A stretch of DNA of 41,488 nucleotides from Gaiellaceae bacterium (GTDB lineage: Bacteria > Actinomycetota > Thermoleophilia > Gaiellales > Gaiellaceae): the NCBI GenBank assembly GCA_035702625.1, contig DASSQG010000164.1:1-41488 (forward strand), given 5' to 3'. The position numbers and the translations under genes were made by a program. This document shows, one piece after another, positions 22,783-32,600 of the stretch. Position 1 is the first letter of the stretch. Each line of letters opens with the position of its first letter. The notes beneath the pieces are model-generated. The model saw only the letters and a program-made list of their open reading frames with translations, was not told the DNA's origin and searched no databases.

Positions 22783-23775
22783 ATGGAGGCCGAGCTCGTC
22801 GACGAGCTGCCGGCCGGCGAGTGGCAGTACGAGCCGAAGTGGGACGGCTTCCGCGGCGTGCTCGAGAACCTCGGCGGCGGGCTGCGGCTGTGGTCGCGAA
22901 ACGGACGCCCGCTGCTCCGCTACTTCCCCGAGCTCGAGGAGGTCGGCGCGCTGCTGCCGCCCGAGTCGGCGCTCGACGGAGAGATCATCATCGCCCGGAA
23001 GGGCCGGCTCGAGTTCGACCAGCTCCAGCTCCGCCTCCACCCCGCCGAGAGCCGGATCAAGCGGCTGGCGGCGGAGATCCCGTCGGACTTCGTCGCGTTC
23101 GACCTGCTCGTCTGGAAACGGACGCCCGTCTGGAAGCAGCCGCTCGCCAAGCGGCGGCGCGAGCTCGAGCGGAAGGCGGCGAAGTTCCGCCTCTCCCCGG
23201 CCTCGCGCGACCCGGAGCAGGCGGCGAAGTGGCTCGATCGGCTCGAGCAGGCGGGCCTCGACGGAGTGATCGCGAAGCGGCTCGGCCTGCCGTACATGCC
23301 GGGCTCACGGGAGGCCGTCGTCAAGGTGAAGCCGTACAAGACCTGCGACTGCGTGATCGTCGGGTTCCGCTGGAGCGAGAAGGCGGACGGCCGGATCTCG
23401 ACCCTGCTGCTCGGCCTCTACGCAGACGACGGCTCGCTCGACTTCGTCGGCCACTGCTCCGGGTTCCCGGCGGCCGTGCGACGCGAGCTCGAAGCCGAGC
23501 TGCCGAAGCTGCGCGAGCCGGGCCACCTGAGCGACAGGCGGATCCCGGGCGGCCAGAGCCGCTGGTCGCGCGGCAAGGAGCTCGACTGGAACCCGGTCAA
23601 GCCCGAGCTCGTCTGCGAGGTGCGCTTCGACAAGCTCGAGGGCAACCGCTTCCGCCACGGCACGAGGTTCCTCCGCTTCCGGCCCGACAAGGATCCGCCC
23701 ATGTGCACGTGGGACCAGGTGCGTCCGAAGCGGCGCCGTGACGACCCGACGGTCGAGAAGCTGCTCGCCCGCTGA
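22783..23775 (+). CDS. ATP-dependent DNA ligase, stand-alone ligase domain (LigC/LigD-LigDom type)
   Basis: ATG at 22783. ELPAGEWQYEPKWDGFRG contains the adenylation Lys motif KxDG. GLDGVIAKR, VVKVKP and the OB-fold motif FRHGTRFLRFRPDK are also present. There is no fused polymerase or nuclease domain. Confidence 0.9.
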   Translation: MEAELVDELPAGEWQYEPKWDGFRGVLENLGGGLRLWSRNGRPLLRYFPELEEVGALLPPESALDGEIIIARKGRLEFDQLQLRLHPAESRIKRLAAEIPSDFVAFDLLVWKRTPVWKQPLAKRRRELERKAAKFRLSPASRDPEQAAKWLDRLEQAGLDGVIAKRLGLPYMPGSREAVVKVKPYKTCDCVIVGFRWSEKADGRISTLLLGLYADDGSLDFVGHCSGFPAAVRRELEAELPKLREPGHLSDRRIPGGQSRWSRGKELDWNPVKPELVCEVRFDKLEGNRFRHGTRFLRFRPDKDPPMCTWDQVRPKRRRDDPTVEKLLAR

Positions 23776-23895
23776 CACGGCCGTTTCCGCCATGCCATGG
23801 GGACAGTCCCCGGGCCGTGGCCGAAACGGACGATAGGCCGCGGCCAGGAGCGGGCTCGAGCCCACCTGCCGGCCCGCGAAGGGACTGTCCCTGGG

Positions 23896-24849
23896 TCAGG
23901 GCCTTTGCGTCCAGCGGCGCGAGCGGCTGCGCTTGATCTCGACGATGCTCGTGTCGCCCGGCGGGATGCCGAGCTGCTCGAAACGCGGGAGCAGGCTCGC
24001 CTTGCGCCGCCACATGCCGGCCGTCGGGTCGCCGACCTTCGCGATCCGCTTCCGCATCGTTTTCAGCGTGAACCGCGCCGGATCCGAGCGCGCCACCTCC
24101 TGCCAGAGCAGCGGCGCGGAGACGCGAGCGTCCGGCGTCGGCCGCACGGAGTACGCGCACGCGATCGTCCGGTCGCGGGCGTTCTGGCCGAAGTCGACGA
24201 ACACGCCGCGGCGGTCGGCGACGCGCCACGTCGTCGTCGCGACGTCCTGGTCGCCCACGCGGCGCTCGACCTCCTCCGCCAGCGCCTTCGCGAACCGCCG
24301 CACCTCGGGGAAGGCGAGCTCCGGGCGGATCGGCGCAAGGATGTGCAGCCCCGTAGCGCCGGACGTCTTCGGGTACGACGCGAGGCCGAGCTCGTCCATC
24401 ACCTCCTTGACGACGAGCGCGATCTCCCGGACGAAGTCCCACGGGTTCCCCTCGCTCGGGTCGAGGTCGATCAGCAGGTAGTCGGGCCGCTCGATGTCGT
24501 CCACGCGCGAGTGCCACGTATGCAGCTCGATGCAGCCGAGGTTGATCACCCACGCGAGCGCGGCCGCGTTGTCGACGACGGCGAAGACGGTCGAGTGGCC
24601 GCTCGGGAACTGCACGAACTGCTCCCCGACGAAGTCCGGGTGCGCCGGCACGCGCTTCTGGTGGAAGAAGTCGCCCTCGACGCCGTTCGGATACCGCTTC
24701 ATGTGGAACAACCGCCGCCGGATGTGGTGCAGCGCGCATGGCGCCACATCGAGGTAGTAGCGGACGAGGTCGCCCTTCGTCAGCCCTTCTTGCGGGAAGA
24801 AGAGCTTGTCCGGATTCGTGATCTGAACCTCGTGCCGGCCGATCCTCAT
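23896..24849 (-). CDS. LigD-type primase-polymerase (PolDom / Prim-Pol) protein
   Basis: 317-aa ORF. ITNPDKLFFP, YLLIDLDP (metal-binding DxD), KTSGATGLHILAP and VFVDFGQNARDRTIACAYSVRP are AEP-superfamily LigD polymerase motifs. Confidence 0.9.
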   Translation of the reverse strand: MRIGRHEVQITNPDKLFFPQEGLTKGDLVRYYLDVAPCALHHIRRRLFHMKRYPNGVEGDFFHQKRVPAHPDFVGEQFVQFPSGHSTVFAVVDNAAALAWVINLGCIELHTWHSRVDDIERPDYLLIDLDPSEGNPWDFVREIALVVKEVMDELGLASYPKTSGATGLHILAPIRPELAFPEVRRFAKALAEEVERRVGDQDVATTTWRVADRRGVFVDFGQNARDRTIACAYSVRPTPDARVSAPLLWQEVARSDPARFTLKTMRKRIAKVGDPTAGMWRRKASLLPRFEQLGIPPGDTSIVEIKRSRSRRWTQRP

Positions 24850-24861
24850 CGCGAGAAGTAT

Positions 24862-24881
24862 GGGCCCGGTCGCCCGGGCCC
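24862..24881 (-). terminator. GC hairpin immediately 3-prime of tRNA-Ser(GGA)
   Basis: GGGCCCGG-TCGC-CCGGGCCC, an 8-bp stem. It lies 10 nt after the tRNA 3-prime end and 12 nt before the Prim-Pol ATG. Confidence 0.4.
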
Positions 24882-24891
24882 AGTGGGAAGA

Positions 24892-24980
24892 CGGAGAGGG
24901 CGGGATTTGAACCCGCGATGGACCTTTCAGCCCATACGCGATTTCCAGTCGCGCTCCTTAGACCGCTCGGACACCTCTCC
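24892..24980 (-). tRNA. tRNA-Ser (anticodon GGA)
   Basis: The reverse complement folds with acceptor GGAGAGG/CCTCTCC, D-arm TCC-GAGCGGTCTAA-GGA and anticodon stem CGCGA/TCGCG with loop CTGGAAA. It has a long variable arm, T-arm GCGGG-TTCAAAT-CCCGC and discriminator G. CCA is not encoded. Confidence 0.9.
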
Positions 24981-25065
24981 AGGTGGCGCAGGGTACCCCG
25001 GGTTGACTCCGCAGATATAGAGGAGTAGAAGCGCGCCAAGCATCGCTCTACGAGGGGAGCCCGAG

Positions 25066-28000
25066 ATGGCTGGCAAGCTGGTGTTGGTGGTCGTGGCCGC
25101 CCTGGCCACGCTGACGATGACTGCGGCTGCGCAGGGCGGCAGCCGCCCGAAGACGCTGACGGTCGGACAGCAGAGCGCGAGCTGTCCGAAGCCGGGGTAC
25201 CAGCGCATCGGCGACGCGATCGAGGACGCCGCGCCCGGCGACACGATCGCGATCTGCCCGGGAACGTACGCCGAAGGCCCGGGAACCCCCGGCACCTCCG
25301 TCCTGACGATTCGCAAGGACCTGACGCTCCGCGGCGCCGGCGCCGACCAGGTCACGATCGAGCCGACGTCCGTGGGCCAGAAGCGGATCGCCGCGGACAG
25401 CCAGGACCTGCGCGACGGCCGCGGCGTGATCGTCGCGGTGATCGGCGGCAAGAACAACCCGGTCACGGTGAACATCTCGGGCGTGACGGTCGACGCCAAC
25501 GGCGTCGACGCGACCGCGGGCATCGTCTACGTCGACGCCCAGGGAACGATCAGCCGCTCGCACGTCACCGGGCTCGCCATCGACGAGAGCGCGAACGGCT
25601 ACACGGTCCCCGGAGGGTTCCGCAACAGCGCCTTCGGGATCGGGATCGCGGACGTCACCCGCGTGAAGCCGAACGGCGGCAACCGGCCGCCCTTCGCGCC
25701 GCGGACGCTGACGATCGACCACACGCGCGTCGACCGCTACAACTCGGTCGGCGTCCTGATCGACGGCGCCACCTCCGACTACGCGGACGGCTCGACGCTC
25801 GAGCCGTCCGGGGTGCCGAACCGCGGGATCCTGATCAGCGACCAGATCGCCGGCCGCAACTCCTGCCAGAACTACAACGACTTCACTGCGGGCGGCCCGA
25901 CCTACATCGTCGGCGACTGCCAGCCCTCCGGCGGCAGCAACCCGATTCCGCCGCCGCTGCCGCTGACGACCGGGCCGCTGTTCGGCCAGGACGGCGTCCG
26001 CGTGACGGCGGGGGCGTCCGTCCAGGTGTCGGACACGACGGTGTCCTCGAACTTCGTGCACGGCACCGGCGCGCCGGTCGGCAGCGTCTTCGCGCCGACG
26101 CCGAACAACGACCCGTACGCGCTCGGCAGCCACGCGGAGAACAACCAGAACCTGCGCCTCGGCGCCGGGATCCGCCTGGTCGGCGCGGCCGCCTCGTCGG
26201 TCACGCACAGCAACATCACCGACAACGCGTTCGGCGTGCTGAATACGACCCTCGACGGCGTCTCGAACAACTCGGCGACGCCGGTGCAGGCGCCCGACAA
26301 CTGGTGGGGCCTGCGTGCCGGCGCCGTCACCCTCCCCACGCCCGGCCCGGCCGTCTGGCCGAGCGTCGCCGCACCGAGCGCGACGACGTACAACCCGCCG
26401 ATCCCGGAGAACCCGGTCAACGGCAACGCCGTGGCCGACCCGAGCTGCCCGGCCGGCGTCTCCGACTCGGACAGCGTCCCGTTCTGCCCATACCGCTCGA
26501 GCACGCAGTCCGACCAGGTCGGCGGCGAGTGGCCGATCGCGGCCGCGCCGATCGGGCAGGACGACCCCGCGCCGTGCACGAGCGGCACGCAGCTCGACGC
26601 GAACATCCCGACCTACGACTCGTTCTTCGGCAGCGTGCTCGGCGGGCCTGCGACCGGGGACGGCCTGTCCGGCGCGACTCCATCCGCCAAGAAGACCGGC
26701 CAGCTGATGGCCTACGTGCAGGCGGTGAAGGACGCGATCGCGGCGAACCCGGGCACGACGGGCCAGCGCGTGGCGGTCAAGACCTATTCGGCGGGCACGA
26801 GCGTCCTCGGCGTGCCGATGTCGATCATCGTCGTGGGGACGCCGGGCAACATCGCCAACCTCGACGCGGGCCGGAACGACGGCGCCTTCTGGCGCGGCGT
26901 CATCTCCGGCCAGACCTCGCAGGCCGACGCGCTCTCGCAGGTCGGCGTGCGGCCGGGCTTCGGCTGGATCACCGGCACGCCGCACGGCAACGAGCCCGCG
27001 GGCGGCGAGGCGTCGGTCAAGGAGCTGTACGACCTGACCGCCCGAACCGACTGCGCGAACGCCCAGCGGCTCGCCAACCTCGACGTCTTCATCCAGCCGG
27101 TCTCCGCGCCGGACGACCGCGACCACAACACGCGCACGACGGCGTGGTCGTTCGACCCGAACCGCGACCGCGGCACGATCCAGATGCCGGAGAACGCGCA
27201 GCTCTTCGACAACGCGGTGCAGTACCCGGGCCTGTTCTTCATCGACGCCCACCAGCAGTCGTCCGGCTACTTCTTCCCGCCGAACGAGGATGCCGCGCTC
27301 CACGAGATCTCCCACTTCGCGCTCGACCTGATCAACGACGTGATCGGCCCGAGCATCCAGCAGACCTTCAACGACCAGTCGGCGCAGTACCGCAACTACA
27401 ACACCTACGACCTGTTCGTCCCCGAGTACGGCGACACCGTGCCCGCGCTCCTGATGGGCGGTGCCGGGATGACGTACGAGAAGGGGAACAACGAGAGCTA
27501 CGGCAAGCAGGTCTACGACCACTACCTCGCGATGGACGAGACCGTCTCGGCGGTCGCGGCCGAGAAGACGCGCCTGATGACCGACTGGGTGAAGCAGTGG
27601 CAGGAGGCGGTCGACCAGGGCTCGAGCTGCCGGCTCCAGGACAACACGCAGGTCAGCCCGACCGTGATCGACCTGCTCGACATCGGCCAGTCGACCAAGG
27701 ACCAGGACCCGAACACGAGCGTCTGCGGCTACTACTTCCTGCCCGGCGCCCACTCGGGTGACGTCGCGCAGACGATCAAGGATCTGCAGCGGGCCGGCGC
27801 GAACGTCTACAGCCTGACCGCTCCGCTCACGATCGCGGGTGCGCACCGCTTCGGGAACTTCGACGTCAACGCGGTGCAGGGCGGGCCGTCGCCGGCGCTG
27901 ACGGACACGGTCACGCTTCCGGTCGGGACGCTGTGGGTGCCGCTCGACCAGCCGACGAAGCACTGGATCCAGGCCGTGCTCGGCGAGAACCCGTACCTGC

Positions 28001-29178
28001 CATTCCACTACTTCTACGACAAGGTGACGTGGTCGTACTCGCTCCTGCGCGGCTTCGCGGGCAACGGCTTCCTGACGCAGAAGCCGCCGGCCTCGACGCC
28101 GATGACGCTGATCGGCACGCCGTCGCTCGGGTCGGCGCCGGCATCGGCGCAGCCGGTCTACGCCTTCGACACCGACTCGCTCGCCGGCCTCGCGCTGGTG
28201 AACAAGCTGCTCGGCCAGGGAGCGACCGTCTCCCGCGGCTCGGCGGCCTTCGACTCCGGCGGCACGCACTTCGCCTCCGGCGCGGCGCTCGTCGACGGGG
28301 GCTCGATCAGCCTGGCCACGCTCACGGCCGACGCCCTCCAGGCGCAGACGCCGGTGTACGGCCTCGCGAGCTACCCGGTCGCGCACTACGCGCTGACGTT
28401 GCCGAAGATCGGCGTCTACACCGGCGGCGCCACGGCGCCGACGAACCCGGCCTTCCACGGCGCAGGCGACGGGTTCTGCACGAGCACGGCGTACTGCGAG
28501 GTGATGTTCGACCTGACCGCGAAGGAAGGGATCCCGACCTCGCAGATCGGGCAGATCACGTCCACCGACCTCGCGAACGGCGCCCTGGTCAGCGGGGGCT
28601 ACACCGCGTTCATCAACCCGAGCTCCACGATTGCGGCGGGTCCCGGCGCGACCGCGCTCCAGACGTTCGTCAACGCGGGCGGGCGTTACATCGGTGCGCT
28701 CACGGGCGGCGCCACCAGCGCGCGGAACGCCGGGATCTCGACCGTGAACACGAACGCGATCAGCGGGCTCACGACGCCCGGCTCGACGTTCGACGCCACG
28801 TGGAACACGTCCAACCCGGTCGCCTGGGGCTTCGACGCCGGCGGCTGGATCTACCGCGAGACGAACGGCGACCCGAACTACGACCCGACGACGCTCGGCG
28901 GGAACGGCGGGACGATCCCGGCGGCGACGTCCGTCGCGACCTACGCGCCGGCGGGCGACTGCGGCGGCCCGGCAGGCTGGGGCAACTGCTACGGCTACGA
29001 CGTCAACGCCAACACGACGCTGCCCGGCCGCCCGGCAGTGATCGACCAGCCGTTCGGCGCCGGCCACGCGATCATGCTCGGCTTCGACGCCTGGTTCCGC
29101 GCCTGGACGACGCAGGAGGAGCGCGTCGTCCTCAACAGCGTGCTCTACCCGGGCGGCGCGGCGATCCCGGCCTCGTAG
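25066..29178 (+). CDS. exported right-handed beta-helix + M14 zinc carboxypeptidase multidomain protein
   Basis: ATG follows GGGGAG. Signal peptide MAGKLVLVVVAALATLTMTAAAQG. The N-terminus reads GDTIAICPGTYAE...LTLRGAG (pectin-lyase-fold repeats). The M14 zinc motif is GTPHGNEPAGGEA (HxxE). The 1339-aa minus-strand ORF is a shadow. Confidence 0.85.
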   Translation: MAGKLVLVVVAALATLTMTAAAQGGSRPKTLTVGQQSASCPKPGYQRIGDAIEDAAPGDTIAICPGTYAEGPGTPGTSVLTIRKDLTLRGAGADQVTIEPTSVGQKRIAADSQDLRDGRGVIVAVIGGKNNPVTVNISGVTVDANGVDATAGIVYVDAQGTISRSHVTGLAIDESANGYTVPGGFRNSAFGIGIADVTRVKPNGGNRPPFAPRTLTIDHTRVDRYNSVGVLIDGATSDYADGSTLEPSGVPNRGILISDQIAGRNSCQNYNDFTAGGPTYIVGDCQPSGGSNPIPPPLPLTTGPLFGQDGVRVTAGASVQVSDTTVSSNFVHGTGAPVGSVFAPTPNNDPYALGSHAENNQNLRLGAGIRLVGAAASSVTHSNITDNAFGVLNTTLDGVSNNSATPVQAPDNWWGLRAGAVTLPTPGPAVWPSVAAPSATTYNPPIPENPVNGNAVADPSCPAGVSDSDSVPFCPYRSSTQSDQVGGEWPIAAAPIGQDDPAPCTSGTQLDANIPTYDSFFGSVLGGPATGDGLSGATPSAKKTGQLMAYVQAVKDAIAANPGTTGQRVAVKTYSAGTSVLGVPMSIIVVGTPGNIANLDAGRNDGAFWRGVISGQTSQADALSQVGVRPGFGWITGTPHGNEPAGGEASVKELYDLTARTDCANAQRLANLDVFIQPVSAPDDRDHNTRTTAWSFDPNRDRGTIQMPENAQLFDNAVQYPGLFFIDAHQQSSGYFFPPNEDAALHEISHFALDLINDVIGPSIQQTFNDQSAQYRNYNTYDLFVPEYGDTVPALLMGGAGMTYEKGNNESYGKQVYDHYLAMDETVSAVAAEKTRLMTDWVKQWQEAVDQGSSCRLQDNTQVSPTVIDLLDIGQSTKDQDPNTSVCGYYFLPGAHSGDVAQTIKDLQRAGANVYSLTAPLTIAGAHRFGNFDVNAVQGGPSPALTDTVTLPVGTLWVPLDQPTKHWIQAVLGENPYLPFHYFYDKVTWSYSLLRGFAGNGFLTQKPPASTPMTLIGTPSLGSAPASAQPVYAFDTDSLAGLALVNKLLGQGATVSRGSAAFDSGGTHFASGAALVDGGSISLATLTADALQAQTPVYGLASYPVAHYALTLPKIGVYTGGATAPTNPAFHGAGDGFCTSTAYCEVMFDLTAKEGIPTSQIGQITSTDLANGALVSGGYTAFINPSSTIAAGPGATALQTFVNAGGRYIGALTGGATSARNAGISTVNTNAISGLTTPGSTFDATWNTSNPVAWGFDAGGWIYRETNGDPNYDPTTLGGNGGTIPAATSVATYAPAGDCGGPAGWGNCYGYDVNANTTLPGRPAVIDQPFGAGHAIMLGFDAWFRAWTTQEERVVLNSVLYPGGAAIPAS

Positions 29179-29184
29179 GTACTA

Positions 29185-29219
29185 GAAGGGGGCGCCTCCC
29201 GAACAGAGGCGCCCCCTTC
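29185..29219. terminator. bidirectional intrinsic-terminator-like hairpin
   Basis: Perfect 14-bp inverted repeat: GAAGGGGGCGCCTC, loop CCGAACA, GAGGCGCCCCCTTC. It lies between convergent stops at 29178 and 29223. Confidence 0.75.
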
Positions 29220-29222
29220 GAT

Positions 29223-29507
29223 CTACATCGACATCCGCATCGCGACGTCGTAGCGGCCGACCGACGTCCGCTGCCCGGGCGTATCCCCCGGGCTCATGTT
29301 GCTCAGGATCTCGTCGCCGCTGCGGTACTTGTCCTCGTCCTCGAAGAAGACGATCACGACCGACTTCTCGGCGTCGGGATCGTGGAGGACGATCATCTCC
29401 TGCGGCTCCAGCCCCTCGGGTGGCTGGCCGTCCTGCATCTCCTGCCGCATCTGGTTCATGCGGTCGCTGCTGACCCCCTCGAAGGTGACGACGCGTGCAA
29501 GCGCCAT
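29223..29507 (-). CDS. small cytosolic hypothetical protein (94 aa)
   Basis: ATG at 29507 lies 6 nt after AGGAGG. MALARVVTFEGVSSDRMNQMRQEM...VVIVFFEDEDKY suggests a small alpha+beta fold. No family assigned. Confidence 0.65.
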   Translation of the reverse strand: MALARVVTFEGVSSDRMNQMRQEMQDGQPPEGLEPQEMIVLHDPDAEKSVVIVFFEDEDKYRSGDEILSNMSPGDTPGQRTSVGRYDVAMRMSM

Positions 29508-29671
29508 GGGTGCCCTCCTTGTCGGTTGCCGCAACCCTACGCCGATCTCGAGTCCCGGACTGGCGGCCACCGGGTGCTTCAGGCAGTATCGGCGCCAATA
29601 CAGGAGCAGCTCCCACCGCGCGCGTACCGCCGGTGTGGTTGCCGTGGGCAGGGCGATCGGAGGGCTGATAG

Positions 29672-32600
29672 ATGCATCGGATTTCACGGCTGGTCATTCC
29701 TGCAATCGCAGTGCTTGTGCTCGCCGGAACGGCGCAGGCACTTGGAGGAGCGGGGGTGCCCAGGTTCCACCGCGGGCTCTCGCAGGCGCAGATCCTGCAG
29801 ACCGCCCGCGCCACGCATCGCGTCATCGTCGTGATGAAGGCGCAACAGCGAGGGCGCCTCGCCACACCGGCGAGCGTCACCACTCGCCGGGCCGTGCAGG
29901 CCGGCCAGCGACGGTCGCTGATGGCGCGCGTCGGCGCCTCCGGACTGTCGGTGACGCGCAGGTACACGGTCCTCAACGGCTTCGCCGCGATCGTCTCGGC
30001 TGATGCGCAGAAGCGGCTGGCGGCAGACCCGGCGGTCGCCGCGGTGATCCCGGACGCGGCGGTCAAGCCCGTAGCTTCGCGACGGCCGACCGTCCCGCCT
30101 CCCTCTTCGTTCAACCCGGGCAACCCGACCACGCCGCAGAGCGGGATCTGCCCGGCCGACCCCGCGAAGCCGCTGCTCGAGCCCGAGGCGCTGCAGACGA
30201 TGCACGTCGCCTTCAACGACCCGTCGATCCCGCAGGCCGCGAACCTGGCCACCGGGGCGGGCGTCAAGGTCGCCTTCTTCGCCGACGGGCTCGACACCAA
30301 CAACCCGGACTTCATCCGCGCCGACGGCTCGCACGTCTTCGTCGACTACCGTGACTTCACCGGCGAGGGCCCGAACGCCCCGTCCGGCGGCGCGGAGGCC
30401 TTCGGCGACGCGAGCTCGGTCGCCGCGCAGGGCCGCCAGGTCTACGACCTTTCGCAGTTCGTCAACCCCGCGCACCCGCTGCCTCCGGGGTGCACGATCC
30501 GCGTCCGCGGCGTCGCGCCGGGCGCGTCGCTGATCGGCATGAAGGTCTTCGGCGAGGGCGGCTCGTTCACCTCGACGATCATCCAGGGCCTCGACTGGGC
30601 CGTCACGCAGGATCACGCGGACATCCTCAGCGAGTCGTTCGGCGGCTACGCGATGCCGGACACCGCGATCGACGCGATCAAGCAGTTCAACGACGCGGCC
30701 GTCCGCTCCGGGATCACCGTCACGCAGGGCACGAACGACTCGGGCGCCACCGAGGGCCCGACGACGCCCGCCACCGACCCGAACGTGATCGACACGGCAG
30801 CGACGACGAACTTCCGCAGCTACGCGCAGACCACGTCGTACGGCTTCCAGTTCTCGAACGGGACGTGGCTGAACGACAACGTCTCGTCGATCAGCGGCGG
30901 CGGCTTCAGCCAGCTCGCCGACACGCCCGACGTCTCGGCGCCGGGTGAGGCCGACTGGGCGCTGTGCACGCCCAACCCGGCGCTCTACCAGGAGTGCGTG
31001 TCGTTCGCGGGCACGCCGGCGTCGCTCGAGCAGTTCGGCGGCGTCAGCCAGTCCACACCGCTGACGGCCGGCGCGGCTGCACTGGTGATCCAGGCCTACC
31101 GCAACACCCACCACGGCCAGACGCCGTCGCCGGCGCTCGTCAAGCAGATCCTGCTCAGCACGGCCAACGACCTCGGCCTGCCGACGCAGGAGCAGGGCAC
31201 CGGCGAGGTCGACGCGTTGAAGGCCGTCCAGGCGGCGATGTCCGTGAACGGCGGCACGCCGACGGGACACAGCCTGCTGATCGGACCGAGCAAGCTCACG
31301 TTCGTCCAGGACGCGGGCTCGCAGGCGAACCGCGGGTTCACCGTCACGAACACCGGCGCCGTCACGCAGACCGTCAGCGCGCAGGCGCGGGCGCTCACGC
31401 AGACGCTGTCCGACACGAAGAAGGACGTCACGCTCGGCACGACGCCGACGTTCGTCGACCAGTTCGGCGGCTCCCGCCCGTTCGTCACGACGACGTTCAC
31501 GATCCCGAGCGGGACAGATCGCCTGATCGCCTACGACGCCTGGAGCGGGCCGCACGCCCGCGTCGGCCTCGCGCTGATCGACCCGCAAGGAACGTACGCG
31601 GCGTACACGCGGCCGCAGGGCAACGGCAACCACGGCCAGGTCGACGTCCGCAAGCCCGTCGGCGGCACGTGGACGGCGCTCGTCTTCCTGCGCGACGGCA
31701 CCTTCACCGGCACCGTCCACCTCGAGGTCGCGGCGCAGAACTTCACGAACGTGGACAGCGTCTCGCCGTCGAGCCGGACGCTGAAGCCCGGTCAGACCGG
31801 CCACTTCCACTACCGCGCGACGATGCCGTCGGCCGCGGGCGACAGCGCTCACGACCTGGTCGTCTCCGACAGCTCGGGCGACTCGACCGTCGTGCCGGTC
31901 GTCCTGCGCTCGCTCGTTCCGACCGGCAGGCACGGCGGGACGTTCGACGGCACGCTCTTCGGCGGCAACGGCCGCGAGTTCGTTGCGCAGACGGACACGT
32001 TCCAGTTCGACGTCCCGAGGAACGCGAAGGCGTTGAGCGTCTCGCTCTCGTGGCCCGACAACGCCGGCACCGAGGTGATCGGCTGGCTGATCGACCCGGC
32101 CGGGACGCTGCTCGGCTCGGCGTCGTCGCTCTACGTCGACCCGAACACGGGCAACGCCACCTTCACGCACGGTCTCGAGGCGTTCGCCGTCTCGCCGCGG
32201 CCGGGACGGTGGAAGTTCGTCGTGACGCCGACGTCGCCCGTGGGCGGAACGGTGCTCTCGACGCCCTACCACGGCGTGGTCTCGTTCGACCCGCCGGCGA
32301 TCCACGCGTCGGGCCTGCCCGACGGCGGCAAGGTCAAGGCCGGGCAGCCGATCACGGCGCACGTGACGGTGACGAACACCGGGCCGGGCACGATGGACGT
32401 GTTCGCCGACCCGCGCCTGGGCGACCGCTCAGAGATCGACTCGCTGCTCCCGCTGTTCGCGCCGCCGACGGTGCAGCTGCCCGGGACGGCGGTGCCGTCC
32501 TTCCTCGTCCCGACGCAAACGGACGCAGTGCTCGGCGCCGCTCAGGCCACGCAGCCGATCGTGCTCGAGATGGGCTTCGGAGCGATCGGCGAGGGTGACC

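Noticed and set aside
25003-25031. Possible sigma-70-like promoter TTGACT-17 nt-TAGAAG upstream of the M14 gene
   Set aside because: The -10 hexamer lacks the conserved terminal T, and there is no supporting evidence. It could equally belong to the divergent tRNA promoter region. It is too weak to call.
25048-29067. 1339-aa ORF on the - strand opposite the M14 peptidase gene
   Set aside because: It is a shadow ORF of the same kind. It has no motifs and is Arg/Asp/Val-rich. The + strand frame carries a signal peptide, beta-helix repeats and the HxxE zinc motif. The same reasoning removes 23-1168(-), 7126-9288(-), 29684-32362(-), 32994-34028(-), 33542-35731(+) and similar track ORFs.
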